Of a stretch of DNA of 64,000 nucleotides, positions 45,061 to 57,456 are shown in pieces. Under the pieces are notes generated by a model that saw nothing but the letters and a program-made list of their open reading frames with translations, had not been told where the DNA came from and made no database searches. The stretch is from the NCBI GenBank assembly GCA_951406725.2, contig OX597815.1, positions 11,408,001-11,472,000 on the forward strand, written 5' to 3'. Position 1 is the first letter of the stretch. Every line of letters starts with the position of its first letter. Both the position numbers and the translations under genes were made by a program. Origin of the DNA: Octopus vulgaris. Lineage: Eukaryota.

Positions 45061-45288
45061 ATAATAATAATAATAATAATAATAATATTAAGAAGAATTA
45101 TTATTATAATAACATCAAAAAATACTTGAAGAATGAGAACTTAGGTTCGACATTTCTCCAAGACACCTGATGAAGGCTGGAGGGTATATCAGCCGAAACG
45201 TTGTGTTAACAACAAACAAGAGGAGGACAAATATCCGTCGAATGTAAATAATGTACATAATTCCTCATCTGTTAAATATAGAACTGTA
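44666..45288. mobile_element. Palindromic (head-to-head) tRNA-headed element with hammerhead-containing tail (family H2)
   Basis: Arms 44666-44872 (-) and 44875-45288 (+); each has a tRNA-like head (gcgtagtg(g)ttaagagcgc...gagttcgatt), a trinucleotide tract and a shared tail. Confidence 0.8.
45162..45207 (+). ncRNA. Putative type I minimal hammerhead ribozyme (family H2)
   Basis: GACAC-CUGAUGA-A-GGCUG-loop-CAGCC-GAAA-CG-UU-GUGUU; palindromic stem III (ACGU). Confidence 0.75.
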
Positions 45289-46060
45289 CGTACTATATCA
45301 TTTAGCTGTGCAGCTTTACGTTTTGAGTTCAAATCTGCTGCAATATGTTTTCAGTTTATTCCATCAGAAGTCGGGATAAAATAAGTAACGCCCTCTGGCA
45401 TAAGCAGAATTAATTGATATCATTCCTCGATAAATCTTCTATAAAAATGTGTGACCTTTTGTCCCTGTTAGAAATTAATTTGTTATGTAACAGCAAAATT
45501 TAATTTATTCTAATATGTTAGAGAGAACAGTTTTCTGATTCAGACAAGTAAATGACTGTATTATTAAATATTAGTAGAGATTGTTATTTTATTTGCGATA
45601 ATGTTGGCAGTTTATAAAACAAAATAAATGGACTATCATTGTTTCATCATTAAGTATCATAACAACGCAATTTGAAATAGCATTCTTGCTAATAAATAAT
45701 AAACAGACAGCAGGCATCAGACAAACTAATCAATCAATCATTTTAGATATTACGTTGAAGCTATATCTTTCTTTCTCTCTTTCCTCCTTACAATTTTGAT
45801 TATTCATTGGTACAGCGAGTACTAGTAATTGGATATGAAAAATGTGGTCTCAAAAATGTCAACGATGACAAAAAGTTTTATCTGTACTATATATTATTTA
45901 TTGCTATTTCTTTACTTATAAAAAGTACTATAGACAGTTGTTAAATGGCAATGAGGGCGAAGACTTTTAGACCTAGTTGTCAGAATTTTAAACGCTTATT
46001 TCAGTTTTAAGTAAATACGTATAGATAAACGGTCTTTGTAACTAAAATATTTATAAAAAG

Positions 46061-46157
46061 CATTGATACTTAGTGTCAGAATGCCTAAATCTACTCACAA
46101 CCAGATCTTCTCAAAATATATAAAGAATTTTATCATCTTTATCCGAAACACCATATA
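46061..46157 (+). repeat. 97 bp direct repeat, second copy at 50189-50285
   Basis: cattgat(a/t)cttagtg...cgaaacaccatata at both loci with a few mismatches. Confidence 0.85.
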
Positions 46158-46399
46158 CACAAGGATCAAACATAGAGGGTACAACACAAAACGTGTGGGG
46201 ACAAAAAAAAAACTAATGAAAGAAAATGAAACGAAAAGATGAATGAAGCCAATCGGCCCCACCTCCGAGCGACTTCATTTATCCGGTTAATATGACCTTA
46301 AATGCAATCAGAATCAATCTTCCTGTAGAATGTCAATATTGAAAACATCTCGAAGATTTCGAACGTTTATATACTTTATACTTGACTGGTGTCCGTTGT

Positions 46400-47600
46400 C
46401 TTCTCCTGTATCCAAAGTCTTTATTGTAGTTCACCATTTTAGACTTTTGAGACCCTTTTGACTGCACACAATTAAAACACCGTAATACCCTCGTATAATC
46501 TGCTGTATTAACTGTTATTGCATCTTCCCACGTGTTTATCTCGTTGCAGACGTCTTTGTTTAAACCGAACGTATAACACTACGTATTTTGTTTTTTCACA
46601 GGAGGGGAGGGGAAGTTTTGGGGCTCCTGTGTCTTTGTGTCGGTGGGGTGTGGGGCGGGTTGGTGTCTGTAGGGGAGGATGGGACAAAGTGGGTGTAGGT
46701 GGGTGTTGGGTGGGTGTGAGATGTTGGTCGACATTCACAGGGTGTACGTTTTTCCTCTTTTTTCTTTTCCCTTCCGACCGTTTCCCAAATAATTACCTTC
46801 CTTTTTTGCTTCTTCATCCTCAGCACTTGAGTTTTCTTTTGTTGGTGCTGGAGGTGCGACTTTCTCCCTGCTACGGCTTTTTCGTGGGGATTTTGGGCGG
46901 TGGAGGACAATCCGCTCTAATGTGGTCTTTTAGGCGACACTTGTAGCAACGCTGGGTCATGCCATCCTCAGGTCCACCGGGTTCGCCTGGATAATCATAT
47001 CCAGGTTCTGCCCTTGCCAATTCTTATGAGCTGTTCTTGTAGCTTGAAGGACCATTATCTTATCTTCATTGCCCAGCAGTATGGCAGTTACTCATCAGTG
47101 TATGTCACTCTTTGGTGGTACATCTTCTGCCCTAACCCTGGAGGCGTTGTCGAGTGTAACCTGGCAGTAGCTACCTCCCAGAAGCGCACCTCCACGGTTC
47201 CTAATTCCCTTCCTCTGGCATGGTAGGAAACTCTTGTCAGATTGGTTTCAAGGCCTTTTCTACTTGCGTGGTCATCATTATTTTGATTTTCTTTGTTTTT
47301 ATCATAGTTTTCTCCCTGGTAGTTTTCAAAATTCCTTGGGGAGGGGACACCTTTACGTCGCACCACTCCCTGCAAAGCAGTCTTATATTTACTAAGTTCT
47401 GATAGTTTGTCTTCGTCGGTGTAACTGTTGGCGGCAGCCGCAAAATTTCTTTCCTTCACCTGGTCCTCCAATTACTTCGACAGACCTCAATATTTCCTAA
47501 TCAGAAGACGTAAGCTGCGGGGAGGTGAGGCTTTCGTACTTCATCGTTAATACCTGTGCTACCCCCTTCTTCGATGGGGAAAAGCTCTAACAGACTGCCG
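46400..47600 (-). mobile_element. Decayed retroelement ORF1/gag-like region with a CCHC zinc knuckle (Tx1/L1-like)
   Basis: Minus strand 46948-46907 encodes CYKCRLKDHIRADC; upstream ORF 47471-47088; several stops and frameshifts. Confidence 0.65.
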
Positions 47601-47734
47601 TAAGGCAGTAAAGCAAGTGTAACAAAGTGTTTAAAAAACACGAAACAATTTTAACAATAAACGATTCAACAATATAACACTCACGTACGTCAATGCTGTA
47701 GATAGGACTGGCTTATAAAAACAATTTACAGCAG

Positions 47735-48059
47735 TTTCGGAGATGTACTTGCATAGCGAGTGACTTGATCTGAGATCGTGTGCTGGAACGAAAACAATTG
47801 CAGCGTGGAAGGTGTTTATAAGCCATTTAAGAAACACACAAAACCGTTAGATTCACTTCAACATCTAAATTTAATTTGTCAAAATATTTTCGTCGCTTTG
47901 AGACCGCGACCTGTTCACTGACCACGAAGTTTTGTCAGTGAACAGGTCGCGGTCTCAAAACGACGAAAATATTTTGACAAATTAAATTTAAATGTTGAAG
48001 TGAATCTAACGGTTTTGTGTGTTTCTTAAATGGCTTATAAACACCTTCCACGCTGCAAA
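47735..48059. mobile_element. Palindromic Penelope-like non-autonomous element (family H3)
   Basis: Inverted arms 47798-47922 and 47934-48058; left arm has a ~60 bp extension; 9 bp TSD ttacagcag (47726-47734, 48060-48068). Confidence 0.8.
47931..47981 (+). ncRNA. Putative hammerhead ribozyme with G3:C8 core (family H3); mirror copy at 47875-47922 on the minus strand
   Basis: UUUGUCA-GUGAACA-G-GUCGC-loop-(G/A)CGAC-GAAA-AUAUU-U-UGACAAA. Confidence 0.65.
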
Positions 48060-48114
48060 TTACAGCAGGTTTTATAGATAAGAAAAGAACCAATCAGAAT
48101 TAACCATCATACAC

Positions 48115-48530
48115 TTATTTCTTTATTTCCCACAAGGGGATAAACACAGAGAGGACAAACAAGGACAGACAAACGGATTAAGTCGATTATATCGACCCCA
48201 GTGCGTAACTGGTACTTGTTTAATCGACCCCGAAAGGATGAAAGGCAAAGTCGACTTCGGCGGAATTTGAACACAGAACGTAGTGGCAGACAAAATACCT
48301 ATTTCTTTTTTACCCACAAGGGGCTAAACACAAAGGGAACAAACAAGGACAGAACAACGGATTATGTCCATAATATCGACCCCAGTGCGTAACGGTTTCT
48401 TAATTTATCGACCCCGAAAGATGAAAGGCAAAGTCGACATCGGCGGAATTTGAACTCAGAACGTAACGGCAGACGAAATACGACTACGCATTTCGCCCGG
48501 CGTGCTAACGTTTCTGCCAGCTCGCCGCCT
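48115..48530 (-). mobile_element. SINE family B, tandem dimer
   Basis: Junction gacaaaatacctatttc near 48298; TSD accatcatacact. Confidence 0.88.
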
Positions 48531-48806
48531 TTTTTTACCATCATACACTCAAACACAGGTACAAGCGCGATAGACTTAATGACACATAAATCGTAGTCGT
48601 AAGTTCAAGTTCTAACAGAATGATAGGAGGGAAATGGAGGCGTTCCATATCATAAGCTCAACTATTTTTGATAAATATGTTTCTCTTTCCGAAAATCATC
48701 TTAAAAACGAAGTCATTTATGTTCTTTAATGCTGTATTTTGAAGTAAATTCTTGAATTAAAATAAGTCTCCGTATTTACAATCTCTGTGAAAATATCTTG
48801 CTATAT

Positions 48807-49185
48807 TGGAAGCACTCCGTCGGTTACGACGATGAGGGTTCCGGTTGATCCGAATCAACGGAACAGCCTGCTCGTGAAATTAACGTGTAAGTGGCTGAGC
48901 ACTCCACAGGCACGTGTACCCTTAACGTAGTTCTCGGGGATATTCAGCGTGACACAGAGAGTGACAAGGCCCTTTGAAATACAGGTACAACAGAAACAGG
49001 AAGTAAGAGTGAGAGAAAGTTGTGGTGAAAGAGTACAGCAGGGATCACCACCATCCCTGCCGGAGCCTCGTGGAGCTTTAGGTGTTTTCGCTCAATAAAC
49101 ATTCACAACGCCCGGTCTGGGAATCGAAACCGCGATCCTATGACCGCGACTCCGCTGCCCTAACCACTGGGCCACTGCGCCTCCA
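48807..49185 (-). mobile_element. SINE family A
   Basis: Full length; TSD atcttgctata. Confidence 0.92.
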
Positions 49186-50749
49186 CATCTTGCTATAATA
49201 TCTAATCCCACCGATGCCAGGGGTTGCCAAAACAAGATGGAAATTAATTGTTGTAATATAGAACATAATTATAAATTCATTATCCAACAATACATTACAT
49301 GAACAATACGCCTATAGAATATGTTCGCGGAGTATAATAGGTGGGGAGCATTATTTGTACATTTCGAGATGTTTGTCAACAGCAGGACACTTTCATTAAC
49401 AATCAATGAATACACTTCTGAATAACCGAGTAACGTTAACAGTTATATCTGCTTCTATACTTAACACTTCCTTGATAATTAGTTCGAACATTAAATTACT
49501 TGGGTATTAACAACGTTCCATTTCATTGATACAATGGCTTATAGAACACACCCACAACTCGCATTTACATATTTACTAGCCAACACAGTATGATACAAAT
49601 GGTAGAGAAGTATTTTTTGCATTCGTTGCAATATATATATATATATATATAATATTGAATGTTAAAGCGACAGATAGGTTCTTTGTAGCAACGAAATTAA
49701 ATGATGTTAATACGCCTATATTATTGTACACACGTATTGTTTACACGTATTGTTTACTGTCGTCGTTGGCTAATAAATTTATAAACATATTCTATTGTCC
49801 ATGATAGGAATCAAATGAAATACTGTTTGCATTTCATTAATTTAATACAGAGTTGGAAGTGTTCTTCAATTTGATTTCTTATAACAGCGTGATTTCTTAT
49901 GACATTACTTCCATTTATCGCTAATTTATCCACCAACTCGACAATGATGTACTTATTATGAAAGACATCAAATAAAAAAAAAGTGTACATTTAACAAAAC
50001 TCTCCAACGTTTCGTGATTTTCATGATCACAACAGTATGAGAAATACTAAAATATGCAGCTTCTAAATGCAAAGATCCTGCAAGGAATATAAATAAGTTC
50101 ATTAATTAGAAGTGTTTCTACTTGAGCTGTTGGATATATATAACCATTGCAGTTTTCAACAGGTTTTATTATTTTTTCTTCTAAAAAACATTGATTCTTA
50201 GTGTTAGAATGCCTAAATCTACTCACAACCAGATCTTCTCAAAATATATGAAGAGCTTTATCATCTTTATTCGAAACACCATATAGGTCAGTGCACTAAT
50301 CACATAAATTCTGTCTGTTTTCACTTGCAATCATATAATATTTATTAACACTTGATGCCAACATATGTATGTTTAATAAATAACGGTAACCGAATTAAAT
50401 CATGCAACAACATCCATACAATTGTCTAGATGTTCTAACCAGTGCAGCTAGTGGGGAAAAAAAAAAGACTTGTACATTCGGTAGTTTGAAATAAGCTGTT
50501 ACTTTCAGGAATGTACTATTTTATTCTAGTAAGAAGTACTAGTGAAAAATACAAATTTTTAAGATTCATACCTGAATCATTGAAATTCAATGTGAAAATT
50601 CATTTTACAATGATATTTTCTTTTCAAAATTCATTACGTGTCGTTGTTGTGATACATGTTCAGACATCTAAGCTATATGGTATGGTAAGGGAATCGGAAA
50701 AAGGCGAATAAAACCTTGATATGAAGAGGGTCCAAGCATTGCTCGACGT

Positions 50750-51112
<363 letters not shown>

Positions 51113-51715
51113 GTTATGTTATATTCTGTTAAGAACGAAGAAGAGTACAGTATAAAGCTCGTCTGCCTTCCGATTTAACCCTGTGCTATCCAGTATTATA
51201 CGTATTTCCAGAAATGCATTCGGGCTTTTGTCATGTGTGAATTGATGATTGAAAAAAATTGCATAATTAATTACCTGCACGCCCGGAGAACTACGTTGCG
51301 TAAACAATTTTAGTGATTGAAAATAAATATCCAACCTTACTCTTTGTTGACTCCAATTTTCTCCTTTACATATGTGTGTGTGTGCGAGTGTGAGTGTATC
51401 TGTGCGTATTATGTGATTAATTTGGGAATATTATCAATCAGAATATATAAAAGAATGAGTGACGGGGAAATCATTGAATACTAGACAACTAAGAACGCAG
51501 TGTTGTGTTCTCTTTTAATTTCAAATTTCAAATTTTGCCGATACCTAATTCCAAAAAAATATCATAGTAAGTATCAATCAAATACTTGCCTGATATACAT
51601 GGACTACATCCTCCCGCAAAATTAGTAGACATTAGACCCTATGTTAGAAATCTTAGAGCATTCTATGAAATAAAGTACCCACATTTTCTTTCGCCTTAAA
51701 GAGAAATTATGTTGA

Positions 51716-52075
51716 TGGCTGTGTGTTAAGAACCTTGCTTCCCAACCACATGGTTCCGGGTTTATTGCCACTGCGTGTCACCTTGTCTTCTGCTAAAGCC
51801 TCGGGCTGTCCAATACCGTGTGAGTGGATTCGGTAGACGGAAACTGAAAGAAGGAAGCCCGACGTATATGTGTATATATCTATGTACGTGTCTTTGTGTC
51901 TGTGCTTGAGAACTGGAGTGTCTGTGTTAACGATCCAGTAATTTATCAGTCCGGTAAAAGCGATGGCTAGATTAAGAATCACGCTTTAAAAAAATATGTC
52001 CGAGGATCGATTTGTTCGACTAAAACCCTTCAAGATTGTCCCTCGTCATGGCGACAGACAAATGACTGAAAGAAA
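51716..52075 (+). mobile_element. SINE family C, diverged
   Basis: Homology; its tail is interrupted by the following SINE A. Confidence 0.75.
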
Positions 52076-52078
52076 TAT

Positions 52079-52463
52079 GGGAAGCACTCCGTCGGTTACG
52101 CCGACGAGGGTTCCGGTTGACCCGAATCAACGGAACAGCTTGCTCGTGAAATTAACGTGTAAGTGGCTGAGCACTCCACAGACTCGTGTACCCTTAACGC
52201 AGTTCTCGGGGATATTCAGCGTGACAAAGAGAGTGACAAGGCCGGCCCTTTGAAATACAGGTACAACAGAAAGAGGAAGTAAGAGTGAGAGAAAGTTGTG
52301 GTGAAAGAGTACAGCAGGGATCACCACCATCCCCTGCTGGAGCCTCGTGGAGCTTTAGGTGTTTTCGCTCAATAAACACTCACAACGCCCGGTCAGGGAA
52401 TCGAAACCGCGATCCTATGACCGCGAGTCCGCTGCCCTAACCACTGGGCCATTGCGCCTCCAC
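52079..52463 (-). mobile_element. SINE family A nested in the SINE C tail
   Basis: Full length; TSD ctgaaagaaata. Confidence 0.9.
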
Positions 52464-52819
52464 CTGAAAGAAATAACAGATAAATGACAAACGATAATAT
52501 TATCAGAATGAAGATATTGATGACTCAGAGATAATGACATTGAGAAGATTTAAATTAAATGCGATTCTTCATTTTGTCATAAAGCCAAGCAGTTTTTAGG
52601 AGAGGAAGTAACAACGATTAAATCCGTTCGCATAAATGACCTTAAATTTTCAAAGGTGAATTTTGTCTTAGGCAAGAAATGAATTCAGATGGTTAAAAAA
52701 ACCATAGCTAAATGCTGCAATGTATTTTTATCCCGTTGCAAAAACGATTTTGCCAATTTACTGGTTGGAAATGATAATTATAGCACTAATAGTTATTCTT
52801 CAGTAAATATTTGGCTATA

Positions 52820-52983
52820 GGCGCAGGAGTGGCTGTGTGGTAAGCAGCTTGCTAACCAACCACATGGTTCTGGGTTCAGTCCCACTGCGTGGCACCTTGG
52901 GCAAGTGTCTTCTGCTATAGCCCCGAGCCGACCAATGCCTTGTGAGTGGATTTGGTAGACGGAAACTGAAAGAAGTCTGTCGT

Positions 52984-53068
<85 letters not shown>

Positions 53069-53272
53069 TCTGTTTGTCCCCCTAGCATTGCTTGACAGCC
53101 GATGCTGGTGTGTTTACGTCCCCGTCACTTAGTGGTTCGGCAAAAAGAGACTGATAGAATAAGTACTGGGCTTACCAAGAATAAGTCCCGGGGTCGATTT
53201 GCTCGACTAAAGGCGGTGCTCCAGCATGGCCGCAGTCAAATGACTGAAACAAGTAAATGAAAAAGAAAAAGA
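52820..53272 (+). mobile_element. SINE family C, full length
   Basis: ggcgcaggagtggctgtgtggtaag...cagtcaaatgactgaaacaagtaaa. Confidence 0.9.
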
Positions 53273-53809
53273 GTATGTCATATGCTAAGAGAAAATAACG
53301 AAAATGTACGCAAAGGATTTTTCAATCACAGTTTTATTTCAGATTGTTTTGGTCAAATTTGTACTTGTTTTACACACAGTTCCAGCAATCAAAAGTCAGC
53401 GAAATATACTTTCACGAAGACAGGATCAATAAAATTAATGTAAATGATACAGTGTGAATGTCTTCTTAACGGCCAGACGCAGCTGAAACTTGATCTGTGA
53501 TTTAACTTTATGAGTTCCCGTGTCAGTTTTTATGTTTAGGCGAGCTGACAGATTATTTTATCAATAACTAAAATCACTAGTACTTGTAATTTAATACTGT
53601 CTCCTAGATAACCTATTAAGCTTCCATATGAATAATTTAGCAACTATACAAAAGTATTTCTAGAAGACTAGAGAACATAATCGATAAAATACCGTACCAG
53701 TCAAGTAATGAGGTTGAAGCTATCGACTAATCCACTCCCTTGAAAATTAGTTTATTGGTTCCTAAATTAAAACATTATACATATTATCATTGTCATTTCA
53801 TCATTGTCA

Positions 53810-54567
53810 TTTCTTCTTCTTCTTCTTCTTCTTCTTCTTCTTCTTCTTCTTCTTCTTCTTCTTCTTCTTCTTCTTCTTCTTCTTCTTCTTCTTCTTCTTC
53901 TTCTCCGCTTCCTCCTCCTCCTTCTTCTTCTTCGCCTCCTTCTTCTTCTTCTTCTTCTTCTTCTTCTTCTTCTTCTTCTTCTTCTCCGCCTCCTCTAACC
54001 CCCACCCACCCCTCCTCCTCTTCGTCCTCCTCCTCCTCTTCGTCCTCCTCCTCCTCCTCCTCTTCGTCCTCCTCCTCCTCTTCGTCCTCCTCCTCTTCCT
54101 CCTCCTCCTCCTTCTTCTTTGCCTCCTTCTTCTTCTTCTTCTTCTTCTTCTTCTTCTTCTCCGCCTCCTCTTCCTCCTATTCGTCCTCCTCCTCTTCCTC
54201 CTCCTCCTTCGCCTCTTTCTCCTTCTTCTTCGCCGCCTTCTCCTTTCTTCTTCTTCTTCTTCTTCTTCTTCTTCTTCTCCTCCTTCTTTTTCTGCTCTTT
54301 TCTTTCTTCTTCTTCTTCTCTTTTCTTTCCTCCTCCTCCTCCTCCTCCTCCTCCTTCTTCTTTGCCTCCTTCTTCTTCTTCTTCTTCTTCTTCTTCTCCT
54401 CCTTCTTTTTCTGCTCTTTTCTTTCTTCTTCTTCTTCTCTTTTCTTTCCTCCTCATCCTCACCCTCCTCCTCCTCCTTCTCCTTCTTCTTCTTCTTCTTC
54501 TTCTTCTTCTTCTTCTTCTTCTTCTTCTTCTTCTTCTTCTTCTTCTTCTTCTTCTTCTTCTTCTTCT
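53810..54567. repeat. (TTC)n/(TCC)n polypyrimidine tract with internal block duplications
   Basis: About 750 bp almost purely pyrimidine on the + strand. Confidence 0.95.
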
Positions 54568-54789
54568 GGTTTGGCTGAGGCTCGGTCTCTTATTTCTGGT
54601 CGGATTTACTTGGGTTTCACCTGATCATTCTCTACAGCATGCAAAGGTTAATGCACATACCAGGTGTTGGATACTTCTAGCCCACGCTGCTTGCACAATT
54701 CCTTGTATATGTGCACTGTCACATTGACATGGCGCTTTTTGTACCCCTTTTGGTTTAGTTTTGAGCATCAACTAATATAACTGTTTCAG

Positions 54790-54796
54790 ATTATTA

Positions 54797-54884
<88 letters not shown>

Positions 54885-54942
54885 AGTTGTTGTAGTAGTA
54901 GTAGTTGTTGTTGTTGTTGTTGTTGTTATTATTATTATTATA
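54790..54942. repeat. (ATT)n/(GTT)n microsatellite
   Basis: Direct reading. Confidence 0.95.
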
Positions 54943-56930
54943 TGTTTGACTTTTGCTTTACATTTGCACAAGCTGGCTCCATGTCTCACACAGATACCTC
55001 AAGAGACTATTGTTGTTATTATTATATTCTGCATGTTTGTTACAAACTTGGTTTTATGCCTATTTCCTCTATCCATCTGTTCAAATCTTTAGCGACAGTT
55101 CCCAATGCACCTATATCTACTGGGATACATTTCCCCCGTACTTGCCATCGTTTCTGTAACTCAACGGATAAGTCCTGGTACTTTGCTAGCTTTTCTATAC
55201 ATCTCATATTCCTATTTTCATAATTTGGGACATTTTCTATTCCTTTTATCTACAGCAGTGGAGAAAAATATCGTTCTGTTCCATAAAATGATATGTTTTC
55301 TCACAGAGGATGGACGTTAAAATTTTATACGTGATAGATAGAGATGTTAAGGTCTGATAGATTTGGGGAGATTTGGTTTCATTATTCTTTGGGTGTAGGT
55401 AAGTAATACCTCTTGCCAATCAGCCAGATGTTTTCGTAGGATCTCTCATAATTTTTTTGAATAACCGAACTAACTTTTCGTGTGCGGATGGGAGTGAAGT
55501 GATCCAGACATTTAGCACCGTATCATTACCAGGGGATTTCCACGTATGAGCCTTCATGAATGTCTTGCTTAAGTCTTCCCATACTTGTTCTGGTAAGTTT
55601 TGGCTGGATCCTGCTATGTGTCTAATCCAGTCTGCATTTTCATTGTAATTCTTTTCATCACTCCAGATATTTTCCCAGAAATTTTCAATTTCTTCCATTG
55701 CAGGGGGGTTCTTCAACGGTTATTTTCTCCTCCCTATTTCTTTGTAGAATGTTTTCGCATTGGAAATGTTTTTGCTTGTCAAATTTGTTTCTTTTCTCAA
55801 ATCTTTGCGTTCTTTGATCTTTTGCTTGTTTTTTTTTTGCTGCAGTGTTGTTTTTGCTGAAAACAGTTCTCTTGGTGAGAATCTGTTTTCTCTGCATCTT
55901 TGTTTCTTTTCTAGTTTTTACATTGTTTCCACAGATTTGTTCATTTAATATTGGTATTTCACCTCCCATTATTTGAATCTCTTTTTCAATTTTACTTTTC
56001 CACTTTGGAAATCTTTTTCAGGATTGTATTTCTTTGTTGTCCCAGAGGCACACAACTGGTTACGATTGTCTTAGTAGCTGCGCAAAAAATTTCATTTAAT
56101 TCAGTGAGATCTGGTTTTAGCTATTTTCTAATTTCCTTTGTTACATAAGTTTCCAATTTTAATTTGTTTTCTATTTTGGATTGTATCTGAGAGCTTATGA
56201 AGTTGTTCTCTATCATGTATATTGGCGTGTCTTACAACTGCAAGCTTATTCAAGATTTTCTACTTCAGTTCTATCATAGACTCTCTATGATATTCAGTAT
56301 ATATGTAGTCTTCACATATTGTTTCTTTACCACATTCCTCGTTATCTTTATCAGGTACATTACAATTTATTTCTCCAGAGGTTTGCACGTTCTGGTCAGA
56401 TGGCAGACTTTCAAAGAGACTCGTGGAGATTTGCTCTCTTTGTCTGGTTTTTCATTTCCTCTGTGTCTTATATATAGCTCATTTTCTGCTGCGTGTTTGA
56501 TCGCATTTTTTCACTATCCTTTATGTCTGAAGATATTCCTCCTAACATTTGTTAACTTGTTTTCGTCAAAATATAGTCCACTGTCTTAATTTCGTGTTCT
56601 CTAAATTTGATAAGGGCGTGCGGTGTGTTTCTCTTCTGATGACCTACCTAGTAATAGGCGTAAATTACATTTATATACTCTTCTAGGATCAATTTGATCC
56701 TTTTACATTTTTCTCTCTTTGGTGAGTGTGATGGTTGACTTGGAGGACTCGAGTTGGCACAGTTCCCGTTTAAGTGACCATCGAGGTTCGTATTCAGAGA
56801 AGAGTTTGTACCAGTAGATGACTTTTCGACCCCAGGCTGGCTCACTCTCGGGGTATGCGCTTCCAGATTAACCATAGGACAAGCGATTTGGTGTACGGTT
56901 TTCTTTTTCCGTTAGACATATTTGTGCTAT
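54942..56930 (-). mobile_element. Decayed, internally deleted R4/Dong-like non-LTR retrotransposon
   Basis: EEIENFWENIWSDEKNYNENADWI...KAHTWKSPGND...WITSLPSAHEKL; C-terminal remnant and 3'UTR run into (TAA)n; clade assigned from recalled motifs. Confidence 0.7.
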
Positions 56931-57268
56931 ATCAAAATCATTAGTATTGAACCCTGTATCGTGGCAGATGTAGATATGGTTGTTGTCTCACCATTAATAC
57001 CGTTACAGTTACTTTTACATTGCTTTTACAGCATTGCTCGCCGTTAGTTACCACCAATAGTGCTTTGATCTGTATCGTTGTGGCTAACCATTATTTACTT
57101 AAACCTGTACTCTTTGCTACTGCTACTGTATGCTATCATTAAATGTGGTTTAGTTTCGACTTTTGTCTTTTACTTGAGATAATCATAAATACGTGAGAGT
57201 TGAAGGGAATACTGGGAGGAAGCGAAGCAGCTTGGTGAATAGACTAAATTCCACAGATGTGTAAATAG

Positions 57269-57456
57269 AATTCTATATTTAAGAGATGAGGAATTATGTA
57301 CATTATTTATATTTGACGGATATCTGTCCTCATCTTTTTTGTTGTAAACACAACGTTTCGGCTGATATACACTCCAGCCTTCATCAGGTGTATCGGGGAA
57401 ATTTCGAGCCTAGGTTATCATTCCTAAGATATTTTTCGTCAAATGTAAATAATGTA
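57269..57456 (-). mobile_element. Second family H2 copy with centre deleted and hammerhead fold intact at 57347-57392
   Basis: Reverse complement of 45110-45283, followed by a + strand tail stub cgtcaaatgtaaataatgta; possible TSD tgtaaatag. Confidence 0.8.

Noticed and set aside
53740-54727. Poly-S/F/L/E ORFs of 200-294 aa
   Set aside because: Translations of (TTC)n/(TCC)n
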